A stretch of DNA of 64,000 nt from Callorhinchus milii (taxonomy: Eukaryota). The notes below the pieces were generated by a model that saw only the letters and a list, made by a program, of their open reading frames with translations, made no database searches and had not been told where the DNA came from. A program made the position numbers and the translations under genes. Position 1 is the stretch's first letter; the number at the start of each line of letters is the position of its first letter. Shown here one piece after another: positions 12,739 through 25,985 of the stretch. Location: contig NW_024704742.1 of NCBI RefSeq assembly GCF_018977255.1, positions 108,006,001 through 108,070,000 of the forward strand. The letters are read 5' to 3'.

Positions 12739-13619
12739 CACATGTATGCGGATGTCACTAAACTTCTCCTCTCCTCTAGCTGCGACCCTCAGTCCTCTGA
12801 TGTTCTGTCAGCTTGTCTGACAGATATCAAGGCCTAGATGAGTGCACATTTCTTGTAGTTAAACGTCAACAAGACGGATGCCATACTCTTTGGCTCCCGT
12901 CGACGTCGTCTGTCCTGAGGTTACGACCTCTTCAACCTACCCGATTTGTCCTTAAAACTCTCTGAACCCGTGCACAACTTAGACGTCAGATTCGATCCCC
13001 AGTTATCCTTCCTCCCCACATCCAATTCCTGACCAGGACCACTTTCCTCCACCTCCGCCACATTGCCTATCTACAACAATACCTCACTCCAAAAACTGCT
13101 GACACCCTTAACCACACTTTCGTCATCTCTCTGCTGGACTACTCTAACGCCCTTCTCACAGGTCTCCCCTGCTCCACTATTCACAAAATTCAACTCATCC
13201 AAAACCTCTGCCGCCCGCATTCTCACCTGCACCAAACTTCATACCCCGATTACTCCATTCCTTGCCAAACTCCAATGGCTCCCTGTCACAGAACAGATCG
13301 ATTTCAAGATCCTCACTCGTGGGTTTAAATCCCTCCCCGCCTTGGCAGGCAACCCCCTACCTCTCCTACCTCCTCAAGCACTACCCGCTGCCTCCGCTCC
13401 TTGTCCCTCAAATCCTCCGCTATACCATCAGCAGCCATTCCTTCAGCCGCTACGCCCCAAAGCTATGGAACTGCCTCCCTCAATCCCTTTGCCTTGCCCT
13501 CTCTTTCCCCATTTTCACGTTGTGCCTGAAGACCTTTCTTTTCGACCATGCCTATGGTCACATTCCCCTGGCTCAGCATCAGGTGTGGAGAGCACTATAT
13601 AAATTCAAGTTGTTGTTGT
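12739..13619 (+). mobile_element. 5'-truncated L2 LINE (RT C-terminus and 3' UTR), frameshifted
   Basis: HMYAD..., FL*LNVNKT, LQWLPVTEQIDFKIL, FSRYAPKLWNCLP; (GTT)n tail. Confidence 0.92.
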
Positions 13620-13949
13620 AAGTTCTCGGTTCAAATTGCTGTCGGTTCAGTCAGCTCTTCACTCCTTTTAGGATCAATAAAATAAATTTGACGACCAAAA
13701 CAAATTCTTCGGGAAAGCAAGCAGGTGTGAGAAGATAGGTCGACAGAAATTCAAAACAGACTTGTAAACAAGTCTTGCTAATCAAAGCTGAAATAGTTGT
13801 CAAAGCTGGACAAGTATCATGCTTCAGCATTGTGCCCAATCTACTGACAATATATTTTCTAATGTTTTGCTGTATATATCTCACATTACAGAGGTCATCA
13901 AAAGTGAAACTGAAAATGTTTCCTTCTTGCAAATTACTAAAACCTCACC

Positions 13950-14200
13950 AACTTTCCTGCTGCCTCCGCTTAACGGGCACTGGCTTACCCGCCCCACCAT
14001 CGGCAAGTGGGCCTTCAGCCTTTCTGCTCCCACTCTCTGGAAATCCATCCCAACATTCCTTGCCTCCTTCAAGGCCCGTCTCAACACCTTGCTCTTTGAT
14101 GATGCCCTGAATGATCCTTTGACCCCATCCCCCTTGGCCCCCACCCTCTTGATTCCAATCTTCCTGTAAAGTGCTCTGAGACGTTACCCTGTGGGTACCG
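13950..14200 (+). mobile_element. L2 3' fragment
   Basis: PTIGKWAFSLSAPTLWKSIP...SFKARLNTLLF. Confidence 0.8.
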
Positions 14201-16389
14201 GTGTACTGTCTAATTTAATATGAGGCCTTATATAAGATCTTGACTCGTTAGCTTATGTGAATTAACTGTATTTAGTGGTACCACCTTGGTATCCGTGGCA
14301 GGCTGCATTTCAACTGATGTTGCAGTAAACATGGTGTTCAAAGTTCAAAGTCCAGTACCAAAAGTTCCTTCTGAGCGCAGCAACTTAATTAGCCAAATCA
14401 AAATCAGGAACAAGAAAGTTAAAATTTATCCTTCAATAGCTTGATCTTGGAAAAACCCACTGGCTCAGGCTCTTGAAAACCGAGCTGCTTCCTATCCTAA
14501 CAATCTGTCTCAACTGACCCCATCAACCAGTGTCATCCCCGTTCAAATAGAAACCAGCACACATTGTGCTTAGCCACAAAAAGTGATAAAACTCATACCT
14601 TGATTGCTATCTCCACTGACAACGATGTCAAATCTCATGAAAGCTACAATGAAGCACAAGTTATTGCAACATCTCAATCACGACAACAATCCAGCCGCCA
14701 ATTTACCTTTCAAGCGTACCAGATGACAGGTGACATTCTCAGCCTCATGGTTCAGTTGCACATTATGATAAAGATGAAGTCAGAGTAATAGCTTTCAACA
14801 TCTCTAGAGCATTCAATAAGATATGGTATAACGGATACCCAGCCTACAAAACTTCCTCAATTTGGATTATAATAAATGGAAGTTTATTTTCTGATTAAAA
14901 AACCTTTGCAAAGGTGACAAGTAGGGAACGCTTGGCTTCATTCTTTTGATTTTCATCAATAGTTCAGTAGAGAGAGGTCAATAAAAATGATGGATTTCTT
15001 TTAACTGATATCAATGTATAAGCAATGGTTAATTTCCTACATCCGACTTATTAAATGATAACTGAATTATTATTGGCAGATATACATAAAATTAGAAAGT
15101 GAATAATTAAATGCCACATTATTTTTCATGTCACCCATCTCTCTTCTATTACAAATATTCAGTTCATTGGTGCGCAAATTATATTCAAACTACAAGTGGG
15201 GTGCAGGCAAACAAATGGCGTAGATGACTGGAAAATCTGGTAGGAGCATGGATATTCTCTACAGTAGTCCCTTCCCACTGTTGTGATCCCACTTCCTAAC
15301 TGAAATTGTAAATATATGTTTATCCATGTAATCGAAATAATTATCTGAATCAATGGTTAGAAATGATTGTGTTGAATAAACATCATTTTGATTAATGGTT
15401 AAAATGATGATGTAGCTAGGAAAATGTCAAGATGACTTACTTATCGTAGCTGAAGGTTGTTGAAGATGTTTTTCCACAACAAATTCATGGTTGTGTTAAA
15501 AATGTTTTCTATAACAATTCATGTTCCTCTACAAGAATAACAATTCTGCAGGTGTAGTAACAATTCTGCAGATTATATTCTATTATTATTTTTATGTGAG
15601 ATAATTGCTTCATGGGCATGAGAATGGAAAGATTCTACATACTCATTCTGACTGTGGAAAATCAATTATAAATGATGTATAGTTTAACTAATACTTGTTC
15701 AGCCTCGGACATAGCATATCAGGTGCTGTCCAAACAAGAGCTACCTTTCATGTGACGATATGAAGTGGTGAAGCAAATGTGTTGTCTTTGGGGTTAAAAT
15801 CCATCAGACTTGGACTTATCCATCATTTCATCAACACTCATTCATCCAGCAATTTCAGGAAGAAGGAAAACTGCAGAAATTCCAGTACGTCTGAAATCAT
15901 TTGAAAAGTAACAGGAGAAGAAGAATAACGTATAATTGTCGAGTAAAGTACACAGCTTAGCTGTACATCATTGAATATTCACCTTTGACTTTGTAATCAA
16001 TGAACCTCAAGCAAGAGGTTTCTGGTCTGAAGCAAGAGAGTTTTCGTCTAATGCAAGACTTTTGCCTGCTGTTTGTGAATTTACCAACTGACTTTGATAC
16101 GGACATTTGTCTGTGCTATTGGCCTGGCTAGTGTATTTGTGAAAATTGAACTAACACACTTTACATTTCTTATTATTTATATTATTATTTATTAAGTAAA
16201 GAATTTTCAAAGCATGAGTTACTGAGTGTCTCTGTTCTCAGGTTCTTAATTATGGTCATTCACTTCATGGCACAAATTGGCTGTTGTGTTTGCCTCAAAT
16301 TATACAGTCACTAGATATTATACTCTTTTTGAAACATTTTCAGACATTGTCAACATTATATCAAACGAAAGGATTACCTTTTTTAAATT

Positions 16390-16737
16390 AATATAATAAA
16401 CCTTGAATTTCATATAGCATCTTATCACGTCACATAATATTATAAAATAGAGTGAATTGACTGTATATATTGTGGGCGAAACGCTACAGCCAATTGCTCA
16501 CAGCAGGGTCTCACTAACAGTCGTGGATTGAGTGACCAAATTTTTTTTTGAAGGGATTATTACCTCTAGAAAAGCGATCTGCCAATCGGCTAACAACTGG
16601 GTTTCTAGTTACTGCTAAGTAAACAGAAGTGTGTGGAGTAAGGAAACTTGCTTAGTGTTTCACTCTGCTCTGGAATCAAACCCAGGTCCTCTTGCTTGTG
16701 AGGCGAGTACTCTAACCAATAAACTACAGGACTCCAC
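16390..16737 (-). mobile_element. tRNA-derived SINE (longer variant)
   Basis: Tail at 16390; head ending ctacaggactccac at 16737; carries the extra segment shared with 1395-1450. Confidence 0.8.
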
Positions 16738-16812
16738 ATAATACTTGTATCAGGCTTGTCAAGAACAATGAGAAAGAAGAACCTTCTATAGCATCTGATC
16801 ATTTTGATCATA

Positions 16813-18001
16813 CCATGTAGCAACCAGGGGTCCCTCTGCCTCGTTGTCCTCCTGGATCTCTCTGCTGCGTTCGACACAATCAACCATACCATCCTGCTCC
16901 ACTGCCTCTCCTCCCTCATCCACCTTAGTGGGACCTCACTCGCATGGTTAGAGTCCTACTTAACCAACCGCCTCCACTCATCTCGGCAAATGGTTTCTCT
17001 TCCCGCCTCCGCCCAGTGACCTGCAGGGTACACCAGGACTCCAGCTTTGGCCCTTTCTTTTACTCATCTATATGCTCCCTCTGGGCGATACACGGGGTAA
17101 ACTTCCACATGTATGCGGATGACACACAAATCTACCTTGCCTCCTCCAGTACCAACTCCAGGTTGTTCTATCAGCTTGTCTGCCAGAAATCAGGGCCTGG
17201 ATGAGTGCAAATTCCTGCAGCTGAATGTGGAGAAGACGGTAGCCTTGGCTCCCATCAACATCTTCACTCCTCCGGATCTAAACTCCTCCCTCAACCTCCC
17301 TGGGCTTTCTAGGCATCCAGTTCAACCCCCAGCTGTCCTTCCTCCCCAGCATTTGGTCCCTGACCAGGACTACCTTCCTTCACCTACGCCACATTGCCAG
17401 CCTCTGACCGTACCTTACCCCAAATGCAGCCAAAACCCTGGTGCATGCGTTTGTCACCTCTCGCCTGGATTATTCAAATGCACTCCTCGCCGGTCTCTGC
17501 AGCTCCACTATTCAAAACATCCAGTTCATTCAGAACTCTGCCACCTGCATACTGACCCGGACCAAACTCCGTACCCACATCTCACCAGTTCTGGCCAGGC
17601 TCCACTGGCTCCCCATCACCGAACGGATTGACTTCAAGTTCTCACTCTTGTGTTCAAATCGCTCGACTCCCTACTTCTCTACTTCTCCGACCTCCTCACT
17701 CCCCAATCTGATACCCGGCGCCTCCGCTCGACTGGCACCTGCCTCCTGCTCATCCCTCACACCCTCCTCTCCACCATCGGAGGTCGGCTTTCAGCCACTA
17801 TATCCCGAAATTGTGGAACACTCTTCCTCAATCCTTCCACCTTGCCCCCTTTCTTTCCCTTTCCAAGTCCTGCCTGAAAATTTTACTTTTCAACCATGCT
17901 TATGGTTACCTCCCCACCCCGGTTCGGAGTCAGGCTCCGCCACTGTTAAGCGCTCTACCCTGTGTGGAGGGCGCTATATAAGTGCAAGTTGTTGTTGTTG
18001 T
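16813..18001 (+). mobile_element. 5'-truncated L2 LINE, RT pseudogene
   Basis: LVVLLDLSAAFDTINH, YADD at 17112-17123, [21 protein letters not shown]; (GTT)n tail; frameshifts. Confidence 0.95.
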
Positions 18002-19019
18002 AATCTACAATAATTATTGTCAAATTATATAGGCAATTGAAGCAGCTATTCCACCCACAGCAAGCTCCTCAAAACAGTAATACCCCAATGTATCATGATG
18101 TTTGTTGGCCACAACACCAAGAGAAACTACCTTTTCTTTGCCAGCCCTTTAATGGGATCTATACCATCCACCTGAACAGGCTGATGGAATCTTGGTTTAA
18201 TGTCTCCTCCAATGGACTGCAACACTCCCTCCTCTCCCCCTTCTTACCTAAATAGTGGAGCAGTCTTCTTTCTTCGAGGCAGCATACCCTTTTCACTGGA
18301 CACTATAGTCTCTCTTGAGTACCATAATTGTCCTCAATACTTCTTGCTGTGAGCCTTGGGCACAGGGTTCTTTTATTCAACAATCAAGGCATCAGTTAGA
18401 GAATTACTAATGGTGCAGAGTGCCAGAATCTCGATTAAATCTGAAACAACAAATTTTCCCCGGGAGAGCCACAGATTGAGTCTCAATTAATGAGAGCAAG
18501 CCTGGGAACCAAGGTTTTTCGGTCAATTGCGATCTAGCAGAATAATCCTCTGATCTCTTGACATTTCTAACTTTCTATCATATCAGATTGTCATTTGGAA
18601 AGCATCGTGAAGGAAAAGGAAGCTTTGGTTGGTTTCCAACTAAAGAACAGTCATATCATCAAAGGCTAAAGCCTGGTCATATATATTTCTAGTGACCATC
18701 TTCCCATTTTCAACTGTGGCAAACTGTTCATTGACACCACTTCTGTACTTGCTATAAACTGTGCATTGTGTATTGTGTAGACCATTGATGGCCAGCCATT
18801 ATGGTCAGCCAACAAAGTAAGTTTTCTTGATCGAATATTACTTGATATATGCCACAAACCAAGAAATATTCAATCAAGAAAAAACTGAAAACGCACTACC
18901 TATCAAGCACAGACTTACCTAGTCTTGTGTGAATGTTCTGGAGGGCTCTTCTTGACGGTTCCATGGACCACTTCCAACCCGCAGGCCATAGGTTACCCAC
19001 TGGTGATGTAAACAAATAT

Positions 19020-19315
19020 GGTGGTCACACAGCCAGGTCCCATAAACAGCCATGATGTGAATGACCAATTATCTTGGACTGTTGGCCAGAAAGCCAGGAG
19101 AAATTCTCTTTGCTTGTTCAGTAGTACAGTATAATCAGATCTCTAAAGTCTACCTTAACAGGCAGATGGGACCTCTAAGAATGCAGAGCTCCCCCAGCAT
19201 TGCACTGGACTGAAGTGTCAGCCTATTGTACGAGCTCAAATCACATTGTGGGGCTTGAACTCACAATCTTGTGACCCAGAGACAAGAGAGCTACCAATTC
19301 ATCCTAGCTGACCCC
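19020..19315 (-). mobile_element. Degraded Deu-domain SINE
   Basis: Similar to the reverse complement of 58950-59400 (gttggccagaaagccaggag, aacaggcagatgggacctc, ggggcttgaac). Confidence 0.6.
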
Positions 19316-19546
19316 CAACTCAGTTTGTATCCCAAGATACATTGCTTTTATTACAGAGGTGTGTGGAGTGATTGTCAGAACACCCCCAATCTGTTAGTTT
19401 GCTATTTCAGCCAGCATCCTATCTGTTCAGGAGGCGGTCACAATATTGGAATAACTGCCCATTTTAAAAAAGATTCTCATACACAATATTATACTGACAG
19501 TAAAATCAAAATGTATTTTAACATGGTTTGATTGATACAGATCAAA

Positions 19547-19690
19547 CAACAACCACAAATTGCATTTATATAGCGCCTTTCACGTCGGGATTATGTCCCA
19601 AAGCACTGGACAGTCAAGAGCTGAGGATTGGAATCAAGAGGATTGTGGACCAAGGGGAATGGGGTGGGAGGATGACCAAAGGCATGGGCT
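19547..19690 (-). mobile_element. L2 3' tail
   Basis: aacaac...ttgcatttatatagcgcctttcacgtcggga. Confidence 0.7.
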
Positions 19691-22600
19691 TCTAACATGA
19701 TGTGTTTAATTATCAATTGATTCCTTATTTACTAAATGTTTTAGCTGGGAGACTAAATGTCTACACCAGATGGAGGATGCTATTGTATTTTAATTTCTAT
19801 TGATAAACTCATCTTAAAGAGTAGTCACCACAGATTAAAATAACTTTTCAGCCTGCAAATACAAGCTTAAACCCCGATGAAACATGAGCTTAACCATTAG
19901 CTGGAAAGTAGTTTTAGTTGAGCTCAGGCAAACTCCGTTAAACAGCTGTTTGGTTCCAAAAAATCTCATTATTCAGTCTTTGGCACAATGAAACTGAGAC
20001 TCCACAGGAAAGCAATCCTGCAGAGATGGCCTTCTTTTAAAAGAACTATGTGTTTCGAATCTTTTTTGAGTCACTCAGAGCTAATTTGTATAGTGCAATT
20101 GTGTTTTTAGTGTTTAATCATTTGCAAATTGTGTCAAGTGACAGAATTCGCTATGAATTAAATGATATCTATCTTACAATGCAATCTGTACAACACATCA
20201 CCTCCATGTTCAATTACTCGAAAGCCCTGCTCAATAGACTCTACAGCTCCTTCCCACAAAGTCTGCATTCTATTCACAACTCTGCTCTGCACTAGGCTCC
20301 TCCAGCCCATCACTTCCATGCTCACTCAACCCCACTGGCTCCCATCCTCCAGTAGATCAAATTCAAGATCCTAGTCCTCGCTTTCAAATGCTTTCGTAGC
20401 ACTGTCCAACTATCTCTGAAATCTCCTGTGAACCTATTACCAGACCTACCTCATGGCTATTTGTGGAAGCTTGGTGTGCGTAAAATGATTGATGTGTTTG
20501 CCTATAATAATAGTCCCTACACTTGCCAATAATTGTAAAGTGCTTTGATATGTATTAACATACTAAGACATAATAAAAACCCATGGTCTTTCTTTCAATC
20601 TCCTGCTCCGCGCTGGAATATCAATTTTAGGAAATGGCTTAGAGTGCAATGAGCACATCCACTTCCTGTAAAACACGTTATTGTTACCGTGGATAATGAG
20701 CTGTGTGCGTAGTCAGTGCACAGATGTGTGACAACAATCCGGACACAAGGGATGGTCTACGGAATCAGGTCAGAGTCTAGAGAAGAAACAGTACTCATGA
20801 AAAGACTGGGGGGAGGGAAATGAGAACCGATACCTGGAGAGAGAGTAAAAAAGTGTGTTGGCTCACTAAGATTTGTGCTCGATTTCAAAGTTGGCTGAAA
20901 CCCACTAATTAACTCATGACACCTATCTATACATGTTGCATAGGAACTTTTGACACATGATTCCCTTGTTTGCAGACCTTATTAAGCTTACTTTTACAGG
21001 GTTTCATGAGTTTTAACAATAGCAGGCTTGTGAATCAGGAATAAATCTGAGCTAATGGCAGAAGTTGAGTTATCTCCAACTTGCAATGTTTTGTTACTTC
21101 CCTGTTTTTGCAGAGCAGTGCTTGAATCCTGCTGAGAAAGTAGGTACTTTTAAGGAGTGTTTATACTTCTTTTCAGAGCAGGTAAGCTTGAATTGGAAAG
21201 TGGCTTTTGGAAGTACCTCCAAGAAAAGCTTTTCCATCCTTAGACTATTGCAATCAAGGTGCAACAAATTATTTATTCTGAATATCCAGGATATTTTCCA
21301 CCATGATATTGAGCTATACAAATGAATGCTGTCATATTGATGTATCTCACTACTGCATTTTGGGTTTCTCGCACACCTCATCGTTGTAACATGGCAGACT
21401 GCATGACATCCGTCCCTGTGCCTTTACATTGATCTACAGGGTACCTCAGGGAGGTGTTCGATGCTGATCCTAGAATTTATCCACTACAATGTTATGCTTT
21501 GTCCAATCCCATCCCCACTAACAGGCAAGAATATCTTCATCAAGATCAGGAAATGGATTCCGCCTTTCAAGCCGTTTGGGTTTTTCAGTCCATAAAGTGA
21601 TTTTGAAAGCATTAACGTAAACAGCATTTTTATGATGCTTTGATTATGTTTCCTGACAAGATAATACTGAGAATAGAAATCTGAGCACTTACTGGGAAGC
21701 AGATCAGAACTTCAATCCAATGACTTATTAGTTCTTTCAACTCTTGAAGATGATGTTTTTCAGAACTTTAGAACATTCCACATTACCCACAGGATCCAGT
21801 TATGGCAGTACGTTCCTGCAATTTACTGTCACTATAAGCAAAAACGTCTTTACAAACTAAATATTTCTGGCTAACACAATATCTATTCCTCATGTACAGA
21901 CACGAGGCAAAGTCTCTCTCAAGCCCATGGGAGCAATACACACATGACTGATCATGACAAGAAAGATGGGAGAAAGCACGTAGGGTACGGGGAAATGTTG
22001 AGGCAACAGGCTTAAGCATTGTAAAATGTCCCCATAAGGCTTGGTGATTGAATTAATTATAATACAAGATATGTGGAGAAGAATGAAGTACATTGATTGG
22101 CTAAGGCTAAGCTAATGATTCTTTAAAAATGAAGATTTAAGTGAAGATGTAAATTGCACTTTCTTTAGTGGAATAACTGATTGCAGAAAAATATATCTCA
22201 AAAAATTGAGTTTGACCGATGTTATACATATGCCTCGATTTCAACTATTGAGAAGCCATATTTTACAACGTCTGCAGTAATAGAGACATAACTCAATATT
22301 TTTAATTGAGCAGTGCCCCATGCAGCATTAGACTCTAAGTATGTTAAATATGATCATTAAAAAGGGTATCGAGGGCAACAAACATTTACTTTGCATTTCA
22401 GTGATCAATTTTTTCAGTTAAATTCGCAAATGACTGGTGAGTCGCTGAGACCCTCTGTGATAATACTGAATAAGAAACTCCACTTGATCTTTAATCCCCT
22501 TTAATTCCATTGTGAAATAACCATCAGAAATTCAGACTTCCATATTCATTATTGCTCAATTAAAGCCTCCCATTTGTTCAGCAGTTTCTTGACACAGCCC

Positions 22601-22910
22601 GTATTTGTATGCAGCAATATGAGCTCATGTGATTAAAACATTAACAGGGTCATAAGGCGTCTCACACTGAACAACATTGAATTAACAAACGCACAGCCCT
22701 TAAAATATACTGAAACAAAAGATTGGGTTATGTGATCAGGAAGTCCATTTGGTCAGGTTAATAAATACTAGTGTCCTTCAAAAACAGACAGCAGCATTGG
22801 AATGAGGAAGCAGTATATCAAACCAGCAAATAAGGGTGCCTAGAGAGATCTAATCGATGATCCATCCGGTCACTCCTTGTACTTAGAATATGGAGTCAGA
22901 GCCCTGTATC

Positions 22911-24025
22911 CAGTGGTGGCTTCTCCTCTAACCCCCGCACCGTTTCGTGCGGTGTTCCTCAGAGCTCTGTCCTCGGTCTCCTCCTCTTCACCCTCTATAT
23001 GCTCCCCCTTGGTGAAATCATCCGCAGACATGGGGCAATTTCCACATGTATGCGGATGACACCCAACTCTATCTCTGCCTCCACCCTCAACTCCAGGACT
23101 ACTGTCGTCCTGACCGACTGCCTATCCGACATCAAGACCTGGACGAGGGCCGACTTTCTCCAACTCAACGTCAGCAAGACCGAGGCCCTCCTGATTAGCT
23201 CGCGCCAGCGTCTCCGCACCTTAGGCGCTGGCAGCATCAGCCTCCATGGCTGCACATTCAACCTCACTAAGCCAGTCAGGAATCTGGGTATCTTGTTTGA
23301 CCCTGAACTGTCCTTTCTCCCCCACATCCGCGCCATGACCGGCACTGCCTACCATCACCTCCGCAACATTGCCAGACTCCGCCACTGCCTCACCCTTCAG
23401 GCTGTCGAAACCCTCACCCACGCATTCGTCACATCAAGGCTCGATTACGGAACTCCCTCCTCACCGGCCTTCCCAACTCTTCCCTTCACAAGCTGCACAT
23501 CATCCAAAACTCTGCAGCTCGTGTACTATTATGCACCAGGCTCCGTGACCCCATCACTCCCACCCTCGCCCAACTCCACTGGCTCCAGAGGATCGAGTTC
23601 AAGATCCTCATCCTAACCTTTAAGGCCACCCATGGCCTTGCCCCCTCCTACCTCTCTGACCTGCTGACTCCCTACCAACCTGCCCGCTCCCTCCGTTCAT
23701 CGGGCTCCAGCCTGCTCCATGTCTCCTGCCCGACCCACCCTACCATCGGTGGCTGGGCTTTCAGCCTCTCTGCTCCCACACTCTGGAACTCCATCCTATG
23801 GTCCCTTCGCCTCATTTCCTCCCTTGCCTCCTTCAAGGCTGGTCTCAAGACTCTTCTGTTCAACCGTGCCTTTGGTCTCCCTCCCACCTCTCTGCCTTCC
23901 CTCATCTCTACACCACCCCTCCCCCATGCTCGGGCCTCGACACCTGACTGTTCAGCGCTTTGGGACATCCTCCTCACGTGAAAGGCGCTCTATAAATGTA
24001 ATTTTGTTGTTGCTGGTGGTGGTGG
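22911..24025 (+). mobile_element. 5'-truncated L2 LINE, RT pseudogene
   Basis: [13 protein letters not shown] at 23049-23060, [37 protein letters not shown]; stem-loop tail; frameshifts. Confidence 0.95.
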
Positions 24026-24285
24026 AGAAATCAAAATCATACCCAATCAACTACTCTGTCAAAAATAATGTCTGGCAATTTATACAACGGTTGTATTTTT
24101 CTTGGACTACTTACAGTTCTTGATAGATCCTAGAAGATGAGTTACATAATGTTTTGCACATCTTGGGGGGGGTAGTTTGAAGGAAAGATATTTGTTTTCA
24201 CAAAATGGTTCCATTAATAGAAGCTCAGTACTGGAGCCTAATTCCTCTCTTTATTCACCCAATCTCGGCAACCAAGGCAAACACT

Positions 24286-24287
24286 CC

Positions 24288-24318
<31 letters not shown>
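24286..24318 (+). repeat. (CT)n(CA)n microsatellite
   Basis: Directly visible dinucleotide run. Confidence 0.9.
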
Positions 24319-25199
24319 GTGTTCAGTCTGTTCAAACAATGTGTTTTAATCCTAATCTCATAAATCAGCACTCTGTCCAGTGTGACATTTCAATTCTGGT
24401 ACCCATCTTCTATTATAAACTAATAAATCGACAAAGTCTATCTGCGCTTCAAGAAAGATCTCAATAATCGATCAACATAGAGACATGATTTATACCTCAT
24501 TGAAAAGGTCTTGCATCTGGGAGTGACAAGGGCATATTTGTTTTCGGGTATCTCCCATCGTTCATGAGTTATTTTCAGTTTTGCATTTTTCGCTGCCGTT
24601 ACATCTAGTGGCTAGCGAGTCAAAATGGCACTGTCCGTCACAGAGCATGTATGTAGCCAAGCGGCAGGAACAAAATAAAGAACACAGACGAAGCTTAGCC
24701 ATGGCAACAACAGCAAAATAAATTTTTTAAAGCACCACATCCTCCCGCAGGAGTCCTCCCAGATGAGTACAGATAAAGACAAAATGGCTGTCTGTGTGTG
24801 TCAAGGAACATTCCATATTGAATCCTTTGGTTGCAAGCTTAACTGCAACAGGTACAGTTAATCCTCTATAAAGATTCTCAGTGACAGTGTTAATTTGGTT
24901 AGAATTAGTGCATGAGTGAATTTGTGCTGGAAAATCATTCCTAGAGATGACTCCTACTATCCAAACTTATTTCATGTTGAACAATTATATGCAACTGAGG
25001 GAGAAAATATTTACATCCATCAGTCTGAGCTGGACACAACTACAGACCACAGAGATGACAGGCAGCGGTGTAATGTGCTGCACAGTCCAAGCCCCAATTC
25101 CCCTCTAAGGCCATCTTTAAATAACCCCTCAAACATAGTATCAAACACTGCATCTTATTTCACAAATGTGAACAATGTTCTCTGATGTTCAAATATAAA

Positions 25200-25507
25200 C
25201 CTCCACTCAGCGAGCTCCGACCTCCTTCATGTCCCCCTCCTCGCCCGCCCCACTTTTGGTGGGTGGGCCTACAGCTAATCTGTCCCCACCCTCTTGAACT
25301 CCATCCCGCAGTCCCTCCGGCCCCCTTGCCTCCTTCAAGATCCGTCTCAAGACCCTCCTCTTCGACCGTGCCTTCGATCTCCCTCCTTCCCCCCCGCCCT
25401 CCATCCTACCCAACCCCAAGGCTCGGATCTGAAACACGGACTGTCCAGTGCCTTGGGACGTCCTCCCGACGTGAAAGGCGCTATACAAATGCAATTTTGT
25501 TGTTGTT
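25200..25507 (+). mobile_element. L2 3' fragment
   Basis: NSIPQSLR, tcaagaccctcctcttcgaccgtgccttc, tail gggacgtcctcccgacgtgaaaggcgc then (GTT)n. Confidence 0.88.
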
Positions 25508-25678
25508 CACTCTTGTGTAAAATGGCCATTTATGCTGATTAAAAAAGCAACAACTTATGCTTGTGTTATGCAGTGCCTCTCATGTAGGATGTATGTCACA
25601 AAATGCTTTGAACAATGCACACACACCTGGCAATGGATTAAAATATAATGCTTAAAATAGCAACCATAAATATTTGGT

Positions 25679-25985
25679 AATAATAATCTTTGCATTTGAT
25701 ATAGCGCTTTTCACATCTTCTAATCGTCTCAAAGCGCTTCACACAATATACTGTAAAGTGAATTGACTGTATGTAAGTGGGCAAAACGCAACAGCGATTT
25801 GTGCACAGCAGTGACCCACAAACAGTAGTGGATTGATGTGACCTATTTATTATTTTTTTTCTTGAGGAATTATTATCAGGTGTGTGGAGTAAGGAAACTT
25901 GCCCAAGGTTTCACCCTGCGGGAATCAAACCCAGGTCACTTGTTTGCGAGGCGAGTGCTCTAAGCACTGATCTGCAGGGCTCCAC
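25679..25985 (-). mobile_element. Full-length tRNA-derived SINE
   Basis: Same head and tail as 2173-2488, more diverged. Confidence 0.85.

Noticed and set aside
15403..15453. C/D box snoRNA (ATGATGA...CTGA)
   Set aside because: Only about 50 nt and no terminal stem
15990..16150. CatSper auxiliary-subunit-like exon (TDKCPY)
   Set aside because: Similarity is limited to a few residues; the frame ends in a stop and the acceptor is poor
22999..23616. Longest ORFs (also 13063-13602, 17441-18013, 36287-36739, 57903-58433) as host genes
   Set aside because: They are frameshifted pieces or alternative frames of truncated L2 ORF2; none is an intact element or host gene
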